Origin: Candidatus Hydrogenedentota bacterium
GTDB lineage: Bacteria; Hydrogenedentota; Hydrogenedentia; Hydrogenedentales; SLHB01
Direction: 5' to 3'
Length of the DNA stretch: 12,554 bases
Assembly (NCBI GenBank): GCA_034408725.1
Contig: JAWXCN010000168.1
Span: 1-12,554, forward strand
Each line of letters starts with the position of its first letter. Within the stretch, counting starts at the first letter, position 1. Below are positions 1 through 6,766 of the stretch, piece after piece. The notes beneath the pieces are model-generated. The model worked only from the letters and a program-made list of their open reading frames with translations, was not told the DNA's origin and searched no databases. A program made the position numbers and the translations under genes.

Positions 1-430
1 CATTGGCCCCGGGGGGCGCAGTCTCGTGCCGATGACCGAATCGCTGTACAGCTATCGCGGCCAGACATTTTGTCCGCGCGGTTCGCTGATACTCCAGGGC
101 TTCTTCAAATTCGCCACGACGGAAAAGCCGCAACGGCCGATCTACGATCATTACATTCAACGCCGAAAAGAAAAACAGCCACAGGGCAGGTGTTGCGGGA
201 GCGTGTTCAAGAATCCGCCGGGCGACCATTCTGGCCGGCTCATTGAAGCTGCGGGCCTGAAAGGCACGCGCTACGGCGGCGCCATGATCAGCACCATGCA
301 CGCGAATTTCATTATGAACGACGACAACGCCACCAGCGCCGACATCCGGTATCTGATCGATTTCGCCAAACGCACCGTCAACGAAAAATTCGGCGTGGAA
401 CTCGAAGAGGAAGTGGTGTATATCCGGTGA
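1..430 (+). CDS. murB: UDP-N-acetylenolpyruvoylglucosamine reductase, C-terminal part (5'-truncated by window edge)
   Basis: MurB motifs [40 protein letters not shown] and terminal FGVELEEEV. The frame is open back to base 2, so the GTG at 26 is not the true start. Confidence 0.93.
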   Translation, partial: IGPGGRSLVPMTESLYSYRGQTFCPRGSLILQGFFKFATTEKPQRPIYDHYIQRRKEKQPQGRCCGSVFKNPPGDHSGRLIEAAGLKGTRYGGAMISTMHANFIMNDDNATSADIRYLIDFAKRTVNEKFGVELEEEVVYIR

Positions 431-458
431 AGCCAATTCCAACCGAGGTCTTCCACGC

Positions 459-1007
459 GTGAAATTTTCATTTCGCTTCTGCCCCAAATGCGGCGCGCCA
501 ACGGCCGATCAGACCGTGGGCACACAAACCGTCCCCACCTGTACGCGCCCCGAGTGTGGCTTTATGTTCTGGCAAAACTCGAAACCCTGCACCTGCATCG
601 TGCTCGAAAACGATCACGACGAAGTGTTGCTCTGCGTGCGCGGAGGCGAGCCGGAAAAAGGCAAACTCGATTTACCCGGCGGATTCCTGAATTGGCGTGA
701 ACATCCGCACGACGCGATCCACCGCGAAATCCGGGAAGAGTTGGGCGTGCAGATTGAGATCCTCGCGTTCCTCGGATTCGTCATCGACGCGTATGATAAT
801 GAGGAAGTCGCCACGCTCAACATTCCATTCTACGGCCGGATTGTCAGCGGCACACCAACCGCAAACGACGACGTCGCAGCGATTCAATGGGCGCGGCTCG
901 AAGACATTGATCGCGATCAACTCGCGTTTCAAAATAATAGAACTATCCTGTTCGACCTGTTCGCCGGGCAACGCGCGGGGCTGAAAAAATCCCGAATGGA
1001 AGAATAA
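459..1007 (+). CDS. NUDIX hydrolase with N-terminal zinc ribbon
   Basis: FCPKCG...CTRPEC zinc ribbon; Nudix box LPGGFLNWREHPHDAIHREIREELG; GAGG RBS at 446-449 before GTG. Confidence 0.9.
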   Translation: MKFSFRFCPKCGAPTADQTVGTQTVPTCTRPECGFMFWQNSKPCTCIVLENDHDEVLLCVRGGEPEKGKLDLPGGFLNWREHPHDAIHREIREELGVQIEILAFLGFVIDAYDNEEVATLNIPFYGRIVSGTPTANDDVAAIQWARLEDIDRDQLAFQNNRTILFDLFAGQRAGLKKSRMEE

Positions 1008-1045
1008 ATTCTTCAATTGCGCTGTTTTTGTTGGCAAGTAAGCGA

Positions 1046-1054
1046 TGGCATAGT
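1046..1054 (+). promoter_or_regulatory. possible extended -10 promoter (TGgCATAGT) for the 17-aa small ORF
   Basis: TG-n-CATAGT about 30 nt upstream of ATG 1083; no convincing -35 at canonical spacing. Confidence 0.3.
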
Positions 1055-1082
1055 GCGTCGCGCCAGCGAAAAGGAGGTTCCC

Positions 1083-1136
1083 ATGTCCATTCTATTTTTT
1101 TGGCTGCTCCTGGGCATACTGTTGTATAACAGTTAA
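1083..1136 (+). CDS. putative 17-aa hydrophobic small membrane peptide MSILFFWLLLGILLYNS (type I toxin-like or small membrane protein)
   Basis: AAGGAGG Shine-Dalgarno at 1071-1077, ATG 1083, TAA 1134-1136, intrinsic terminator about 22 nt downstream; no charged residues. Below the ORF-track length cutoff. Confidence 0.55.
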   Translation: MSILFFWLLLGILLYNS

Positions 1137-1158
1137 CAGGACATCGCCAGGACGATTT

Positions 1159-1198
1159 GACCGGGGGCACGAAACATTGCCCCCGGTCTCGCTTTTTT
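1159..1198 (+). terminator. Rho-independent terminator
   Basis: GACCGGGGGCA-cgaaacat-TGCCCCCGGTC 11-bp stem (1159-1188) followed by TTTTTT (1193-1198). May also serve the convergent MFS gene. Confidence 0.8.
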
Positions 1199-1216
1199 GT
1201 TGTTCCCAAGAAGGAA

Positions 1217-2518
1217 CTAATCTGGCAGAGCATGCCCTTTTGTTTCCGGTGCAAGCCAGATAATCGCCATGCCCACGAGATAAACCAGAATGATAATCGA
1301 GCCCGCTCTCGCGTAATCACCGCCAAACGATTTCACGAGTTGCCCACCGAAAACAGCGCCAAACGCCGCGAACACCCTGCCCGTGTTGTAACAAACCCCC
1401 TGCCCGGTGGCGCGCATGCGCGTTGGAAACAACTCCGGCAAGAACAGCGGAAACCATCCGTAAAATGCAGCCGTCGTAAAACCGGTCAGCAGTATCAGCA
1501 ACTGCAAGGTGAGGCCGTATTCCAGGTTGGCAAGATACATGTAGCCACAGGTAACGAGGGATGATAGACACAAGAGAAAATAGGTTGGTCGCCGTCCGAT
1601 TATGCCACCCAGAATCGGCCCAACCAGACATCCGATGATCGCGCCAACCGCGGACAATTTAATAGCCGTGCCCTTCGCATCGGGTATGGACTGACCTGTC
1701 ATTTGATCGATCCACAAGGGAATCCATTGCACCGTTCCCCAAGTTCCTATCAAGGCCACGGAGGCAAATGCGATTCCGAGTAGCGTGTTGCGCAGCCGTT
1801 GCGGCTCGAATATCTCGCGCAACGGCGCATTGTCCTTATGGTCAATCACCGACTGTTGCCAGCGTTTTGATTCGGGCACGAACAACCGAATGAAAAAAAC
1901 GAGCAATGCCGGCAAAACGCCGACGAGCCACATCGCTCGCCAAGGATCTGGCTCACCCGAATCCGCGGCCATTCGCACCAGGAGATTCCCAACGTATCCA
2001 ACCAACAGGAACCCGAAGTTCGCGGCCGCTCCGATCAAGCCCGCCATTAGAGGGCGAAACTTCTCCGGCCACACTTCCATCACCAGCGCAACGCCCAACG
2101 ACCACTCGCCACCCATTCCAAGCGCGGCCAGGAACCGAAAGGCGCCGAGGTGCCACGGCTCTCCCGCGAAGTAACCCATTCCGGTGAAGATTGAATACGT
2201 GAGGATGCTGAGTGACATCGCGCGCACACGGCCAATCTTGTCGCCGAGCCAGCCGAATAACCAGCCCCCCGTCGCCGCGCCCAGAAGGAACAACGCGGTG
2301 ATATACCCCATCCATTCGCCGACAAACTGGTCCACGACGCTCATGTCGACGCCTGCCGCGCCGGGAAACATGCTCGTCAGCGCAGGACGCGCGACGAATG
2401 GAAACAAACCCATTTCGAACCCGTCGAACAACCAGCCCAGAAACGCGGCGATCAGGACCATGATCTGCGCGCGCTTAATCCGATCCGGCGGTGCGTGTAA
2501 CGGCGCCTCGGTAGTCAT
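1217..2518 (-). CDS. MFS transporter (sialate/aromatic acid/carboxylate:H+ symporter-like)
   Basis: About 12 hydrophobic segments; AAFLGWLFDGFE, motif A GWLGDKIGRVR, GMGGEW, PES, ELFPTRMRATG, PETKG. Start moved to ATG 2518 (MTTEAP), preceded by GGAAGGAAAG. Confidence 0.92.
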   Translation of the reverse strand: MTTEAPLHAPPDRIKRAQIMVLIAAFLGWLFDGFEMGLFPFVARPALTSMFPGAAGVDMSVVDQFVGEWMGYITALFLLGAATGGWLFGWLGDKIGRVRAMSLSILTYSIFTGMGYFAGEPWHLGAFRFLAALGMGGEWSLGVALVMEVWPEKFRPLMAGLIGAAANFGFLLVGYVGNLLVRMAADSGEPDPWRAMWLVGVLPALLVFFIRLFVPESKRWQQSVIDHKDNAPLREIFEPQRLRNTLLGIAFASVALIGTWGTVQWIPLWIDQMTGQSIPDAKGTAIKLSAVGAIIGCLVGPILGGIIGRRPTYFLLCLSSLVTCGYMYLANLEYGLTLQLLILLTGFTTAAFYGWFPLFLPELFPTRMRATGQGVCYNTGRVFAAFGAVFGGQLVKSFGGDYARAGSIIILVYLVGMAIIWLAPETKGHALPD

Positions 2519-2597
2519 GGCTTTCCTTCCGAAGTAGTGGAATGTGATTTCGCCCCAATCCCCGCGGACACCATAGACCATTAAGAACGCTTCGCAC

Positions 2598-2628
2598 AAA
2601 AAAGGCGCGCGGCGAAATCGCCGCGCGC
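2598..2628 (-). terminator. Rho-independent terminator downstream of the 55-aa gene
   Basis: GCGCGCGGCGA-aa-TCGCCGCGCGC inverted repeat (2605-2628) with a + strand A6 at 2598-2603, giving a U-tract on the minus strand. Confidence 0.8.
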
Positions 2629-2688
2629 AAAACCACAACCTGCGCAAGACCGCCGTGCTCCTTCAGACGGCGGCCTCGCGAGATTGGG

Positions 2689-2856
2689 TCAGTTCAAAAT
2701 ACTTTTCTTCCGTTCTTTCGCCGCGCTCATGATCGAAAGCAACTCTTGCGAAATCGCCTCGACCTTCTTGACCATCGGCAACAGTTCCATCACCAGTTTC
2801 TCGCGGAGCCGTTGCAACCGTTCTTTCTCCGCATCCGTCAACATCAAGTCTGACAT
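2689..2856 (-). CDS. hypothetical 55-aa helical/coiled-coil protein MSDLMLTDAEKERLQRLREKLVMELLPMVKKVEAISQELLSIMSAAKERKKSILN
   Basis: AGGAG/GGAG RBS upstream of ATG 2856; protein-like amphipathic helix; flanked by a sigma-54 promoter and a terminator. Not in the ORF track (<60 aa). Confidence 0.8.
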   Translation of the reverse strand: MSDLMLTDAEKERLQRLREKLVMELLPMVKKVEAISQELLSIMSAAKERKKSILN

Positions 2857-2917
2857 CTCCGTCTCCTACCCAAGATGGGTGGAAGGACCCACCCGCACCG
2901 CGCCTACAACTCAATTT

Positions 2918-2934
2918 AGCAAATAGCTTGCCAA
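2918..2934 (-). promoter_or_regulatory. sigma-54 (RpoN) -24/-12 promoter
   Basis: Minus strand reads TTGGCAAGCTATTTGCT, matching TGGCAC-N5-TTGCW with exact GG-N10-GC spacing; predicted TSS about 2907. Confidence 0.75.
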
Positions 2935-2969
2935 GGGTATGCACCAACCCGGCGTGGCAAAGCCCAACG

Positions 2970-3053
2970 CAAATCACACGCAAAAACCGCACAAAATCCA
3001 TAAATCATCACATGATTGGACAAAAACGTGATTTGATGCAGAAACCGCACGAA
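2970..3053. repeat. cluster of short direct and inverted repeats upstream of the sigma-54 promoter (candidate activator or bending-protein sites)
   Basis: GCAAAAACCGCACAAA (2980-2995) and GCAGAAACCGCACGAA (3038-3053) match 14/16; CAAATCAC (2970-2977) and GTGATTTG (3028-3035) are inverted; AATCAT-cac-ATGATT palindrome (3003-3017). Confidence 0.5.
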
Positions 3054-3248
3054 GCTCCTTAAGGAAAAACATGTCACCGTTGAATAACGTTTTGCACCTG
3101 TCAACCAATGACTTCACTGGAAGGATACCACAAATATTCACGGCCTGAATAACACCAGGGGGTCGCTTTGCCGGCACATAATCGCCGCGGCAGCGAAAGG
3201 TGAATCTCCAGCGCCATGATAAGCATACTTGTCGCACGGAGTAACTAC

Positions 3249-3701
3249 ATGCGCCGTCTTCGACTCTATATTGATACATCGGTTATAGGCGGTTGCCTGG
3301 ACAATGAGTTCAGAATCGATAGCGAAGCGATTCTCGATATGGCCAAAGATGGCCGGATTATTTTGGTTGTTTCGAATATTATGCTTCGCGAATTGGAATC
3401 TGCCCCGGTAGAAGTTCAGGCCAGATTTTTCTCGCTTCCTCCAAAATGTGTGGAAGAGATCGAGTTTGACGTTGAATCAATTTATCTTCGTGACCAGTAT
3501 TTGGCTCGAGGTATCGTCGGGCCCGCGTCTTCAGTTGATGCGCACCACGTTGCCCTCGCGGTTGTATCTCGCGCAGACATGATCGTGAGCTGGAACTTTC
3601 GGCATATTGTTCATTTTGAAAAAATTCAAGGATTCAATTCGGTAAACATTGCCGAGGGATATCCACAAATTGCAATTTATTCTCCAAAGGAGGTTGTTTA
3701 A
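3249..3701 (+). CDS. PIN-domain protein (VapC-like type II toxin)
   Basis: LYIDTSVIGG, LREL, DAHHVALA, DMIVSWNFRHIV and IYSPKEV PIN motifs; start ATG 3249 after GGAG. Confidence 0.9.
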   Translation: MRRLRLYIDTSVIGGCLDNEFRIDSEAILDMAKDGRIILVVSNIMLRELESAPVEVQARFFSLPPKCVEEIEFDVESIYLRDQYLARGIVGPASSVDAHHVALAVVSRADMIVSWNFRHIVHFEKIQGFNSVNIAEGYPQIAIYSPKEVV

Positions 3702-3702
3702 T

Positions 3703-3921
3703 ATGCCAACGAAAGACTTCGACTGCGTCGAAATGAAAAACCGTATTCAGGCCGAAATGCTCAAGGAATTCAACGGCATTACCGATGAAGAGATACGGCA
3801 GCGAATCAACGATATGCTGGAAACATCTGATTCCTTGGTCGCGCGAAAGTGGCGCGAAATTCGAGAGTATCACGGTCCAAAACGCACTGAGCGGGAAGCA
3901 ACGATCCGTGGTCCAAAATAA
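3703..3921 (+). CDS. small protein coupled to the PIN gene, putative antitoxin (72 aa, KDFDCVEMK type)
   Basis: ATG 1 nt after the PIN stop; AAGGAGG RBS inside the PIN 3' end; small charged helical protein of a type commonly found after this PIN subfamily. Confidence 0.75.
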   Translation: MPTKDFDCVEMKNRIQAEMLKEFNGITDEEIRQRINDMLETSDSLVARKWREIREYHGPKRTEREATIRGPK

Positions 3922-3940
3922 CGGTCGGAGTTCACATGCG

Positions 3941-4110
3941 ATGGCAAATCAAAAACCGTTCGACCGTGTCAAATGAAAGACAAATTGCAGAAAGAACTGC
4001 GAGCCCGATTCGCAAGGCCGCGGGTCGATGAAATGTTGGAACATCTTCGACGGAAACTCGGCACTTCAGATGATACTCTTTTTCAAAAGTGGCGGCGCTT
4101 GGAGAAATAA
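3941..4110 (+). pseudogene. frameshifted paralogue of the preceding putative antitoxin
   Basis: MANQKPFDRV(K*) continues after a one-base frameshift at about 3971 as MKDKLQKELRARFARPRVDEMLEHLRRKLGTSDDTLFQKWRRLEK*. This aligns ungapped to the 3703-3921 product (13/45 identities incl. MK, Q.E, F, TSD, KWR). GGAG RBS at 3927-3930. Confidence 0.7.
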
Positions 4111-4170
4111 GAGCGGTCACCGGTTCGTCGTCCAAATATTAAGCGAAGTGTTTGTGGAGCACTGAAACCT

Positions 4171-5649
4171 GTGCATAATGAATCCCTGTCCAATACCGGT
4201 CGTGGCTTACTGAATCGCCGCGCATTTCTGCAACACGCGGGGACTGGCTTGAGCAGCATCGCGTTGGCGGCGCTGCTACACCAGGACCGTGCGCATGCGG
4301 CATCCGATTTCATCCGACCGGTCATCGATCCCAAAGCGCCGTTTGCCGCGCGTCCTCCGCACATCACCCCACGCGCGAAGCGCGTCCTTTTTGTGTTTTG
4401 TTCCGGCGCGGTCAGCCACATCGACACTTTCGATCATAAACCCGCCCTGTACAAATACGACGGCCAGCCGCTTCCGGGCGGTGACAATCTGATCACATTT
4501 CAGGGCGAACAGGGCAACGTCACAAAACCGTTGTGGGACTTCAAACCGCGCGGACAATCGGGCAAGTACGCTTCCGATCTGTTACCGAATTTAGCCAACA
4601 TGGTCGATGACTTTTGTTTCATCCATTCCATGACGGCCAAAAGCAACACGCACGGTCCCGCCGAATGCCAAATGAATACCGGATTTATTCTCGACGGATT
4701 TCCGAGCATCGGCTCGTGGGCGACGTATGCGCTCGGTTGCGAAGCCAGCGATCTGCCCGCGTATGTGGCTATCCCCGATCCGCGTGGGTATCCGCAAGTC
4801 GGGCCCAATAGTTGGACCTCAGGATTTCTCCCCGCGGTCTTTCAGGGTGTCTCGTTCAATGCGGACAAGCCCATCGCGCATCTGCAGACGCCGCCGAATA
4901 TTTCGCCGGAGGCGGACCACGCGACGCGCGAGTTCCTAAAATTCATGAACGAGAAACATCTCGAACAGTTTCCCGGCGACACCGAGTTGAGTGCGCGGAT
5001 CGCCAGCTATGAAATGGCAGCGAAACTCCAGTTGCGCGCCGCGGAAGTCGGCGATTTCTCGACCGAATCGGAATCCACGCGTAAGATGTATTGTATCGAC
5101 GACGCGAACAAGACCAAGGCTGCGTTCGGACGCAATTGCCTTCTCGCGCGGCGCCTACTCGAACGTGGCGTGCGGTTTGTACATCTGTTTAACGGCGCAT
5201 ATGCCATGGGTGAAGGTGTCGGCAATTGGGATGGACATCGTGTACTGAAAGAGCAATATGACATCCACGGCCCAATCCTCGATGAACCCTGCGCCGCGCT
5301 GTTCAAAGACATCAAGGCGCGTGGATTACTCGACGACACGCTCGTGGTTTGGGCAACCGAGTTTGGCCGCATGCCAACATTCCAGAAAGGCGCTAGCGGC
5401 CGCGACCATAACCCGCAAGGCTTCACCAGTTTTATGATGGGCGCGGGCGTCAAGGCCCCGTTCTCCTACGGCGCCACCGATGAGTTCGGCTATAAAGCAG
5501 TCGAAAATGTAACTACCATTTACGACTTCCACGCCACCATCCTCCACCTGCTTGGTCTCAATCACGAGCAGCTCACTTTCTACCACAACGGAGCGGAACG
5601 CAGGTTGACGGACGTGCATGGACATGTGATTGGGGAGGTTATCGCTTGA
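4171..5649 (+). CDS. DUF1501 domain-containing protein (sulfatase-like, Tat-exported)
   Basis: Twin-arginine NRRAFLQ signal; [65 protein letters not shown] are typical DUF1501 motifs. Confidence 0.93.
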   Translation: MHNESLSNTGRGLLNRRAFLQHAGTGLSSIALAALLHQDRAHAASDFIRPVIDPKAPFAARPPHITPRAKRVLFVFCSGAVSHIDTFDHKPALYKYDGQPLPGGDNLITFQGEQGNVTKPLWDFKPRGQSGKYASDLLPNLANMVDDFCFIHSMTAKSNTHGPAECQMNTGFILDGFPSIGSWATYALGCEASDLPAYVAIPDPRGYPQVGPNSWTSGFLPAVFQGVSFNADKPIAHLQTPPNISPEADHATREFLKFMNEKHLEQFPGDTELSARIASYEMAAKLQLRAAEVGDFSTESESTRKMYCIDDANKTKAAFGRNCLLARRLLERGVRFVHLFNGAYAMGEGVGNWDGHRVLKEQYDIHGPILDEPCAALFKDIKARGLLDDTLVVWATEFGRMPTFQKGASGRDHNPQGFTSFMMGAGVKAPFSYGATDEFGYKAVENVTTIYDFHATILHLLGLNHEQLTFYHNGAERRLTDVHGHVIGEVIA

Positions 5650-5655
5650 TAATTC

Positions 5656-5895
5656 CTACTTAAGGGCATTAATGAATTGCTCGACGGTAATTCCGCCTTG
5701 CTGAAATATGCTCGAAAGCGTACCTCGAGGAATCTCACTTTTGCCCAGCGGAACAATCGCAACCCAATTGCGTTCTTCGGTCCTTCGAATGAACGCCTGG
5801 TGACTGCCCTTTGACCTCCGGCCTTCAACGAATCCCAACCGGTGTAGAGCGGCAACAACCTTAGCGCTCGAACAAAGCGGGAGTTTTGTACTCAC
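5656..5895 (-). CDS. hicA: HicA-family toxin (mRNA interferase)
   Basis: KVVAALHRLGF...RSKGSH (catalytic His)...VP...EIPRGTLSSIFQQGG; GTG start 2 nt after the hicB stop. Confidence 0.9.
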   Translation of the reverse strand: MSTKLPLCSSAKVVAALHRLGFVEGRRSKGSHQAFIRRTEERNWVAIVPLGKSEIPRGTLSSIFQQGGITVEQFINALK

Positions 5896-5897
5896 TC

Positions 5898-6248
5898 TCA
5901 GTAAGAATTCCCGTTAGCAGAATTCGAGAAATCGTTGTTGGAGGACCATAGTATATTCGCACCATCTGCGATGGATGTATTATGTGTAAGCGTCTCAAGC
6001 TGTTGTGCCTGCGATGCCGGAATTGCCCGCCCGATGCACTTCTCCTCAAGCAATCGAGCAAGTTCTCCTTCCTCCTCGAGTGAGATGAGATGTAGCCAAA
6101 CGGCATCGCGCAAATTCTGCAAAGCTTCTTCCTCGGAATCACCGCACGTAGCAGTACCCAATTGAGGACAGAAAGAAACGTATTGTTGATCTTCCTTACG
6201 CACTTCAAAGTCTAAAAGCAAATGCTCCAATTCTTCCGTGGCACTCAT
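5898..6248 (-). CDS. hicB: HicB-family antitoxin with polar C-terminal extension
   Basis: YVSFCPQLGTATCGDSEEEALQNLRDAVWLHL is the HicB N-terminal partial RNase H fold; GGAG RBS upstream. Confidence 0.85.
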   Translation of the reverse strand: MSATEELEHLLLDFEVRKEDQQYVSFCPQLGTATCGDSEEEALQNLRDAVWLHLISLEEEGELARLLEEKCIGRAIPASQAQQLETLTHNTSIADGANILWSSNNDFSNSANGNSY

Positions 6249-6278
6249 ATATGCAACTCCGATGTCCCTGCTCTCTAC

Positions 6279-6680
6279 TTACTCTGTCAACTTTTTCTCG
6301 ATCACGCTAAACGGAACACTTCTTTGATGATTTCTGTCCCAGGTTAAAGTAAGGGCATAAGTTCCAAATTTGGGTAATTGCAGATTTGGTATTTGAAATA
6401 CTATATCAACAGCTTGCCCCAGAAACCCGGGGTGAATCTTAACGTCCAGTTCTCCCGACAGCTCATTTACAATCCGGGTTCCGTCCAAATCCAAGATATT
6501 CAACTTCAACTCATGCTTACCTTCTTCGCTCTTCTGAAATCGCAGCCGAAGCGCTACAGAACAAGCATGATGTACATGCGGCGCCTTTGCCGATAGAATT
6601 ACGTCAAAAGGACCCACAAGAACCAGTTTCCCGCCATTGTTTTGAGCAAAATCGCACAGTGTGAATATTTCTACGTCCAT
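6279..6680 (-). CDS. DUF6941-like hypothetical protein (beta-sandwich)
   Basis: IFTLCDFAQ..GGKLVLVGPFD N-terminus and PKFGTYALTL C-terminus resemble this family; co-oriented 30 nt upstream of hicB. Confidence 0.7.
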   Translation of the reverse strand: MDVEIFTLCDFAQNNGGKLVLVGPFDVILSAKAPHVHHACSVALRLRFQKSEEGKHELKLNILDLDGTRIVNELSGELDVKIHPGFLGQAVDIVFQIPNLQLPKFGTYALTLTWDRNHQRSVPFSVIEKKLTE

Positions 6681-6766
6681 TTGAAACGCGGTCTCCGATT
6701 GAGATTACAAGAATGCCAATTATGATAGCACTATGTTTGGTCGGCACGCACAGACTTGTGAGTCTG

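Noticed and set aside
1031..1061. TTGGCAAG or TGGCAT as a sigma-54 promoter for the 17-aa ORF
   Set aside because: No GC at the required -12 spacing.
2519..2647. N-terminal extension of the MFS ORF to TTG 2647
   Set aside because: Runs through a terminator hairpin and is not protein-like; ATG 2518 has a good RBS.
2955..2995. GGCAAA...ACGCAAA resembling a c-di-GMP-I (GEMM) riboswitch
   Set aside because: The intervening sequence cannot form the P2 stem with a GNRA loop, and it is on the opposite strand to the nearest gene.
2663..3001. ORF-track ORFs 2684-2926 (+) and 2663-3001 (-)
   Set aside because: Antisense or off-frame shadows of the 55-aa gene at 2689-2856, which has the RBS, promoter and terminator.
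2980..3053. Direct repeats as a possible mini-CRISPR or iteron array
   Set aside because: Only two 16-bp copies; no cas or rep genes nearby.
3932..4135. 67-aa minus-strand ORF
   Set aside because: Antisense to the frameshifted antitoxin paralogue, which has recognisable homology; no RBS or motif support.
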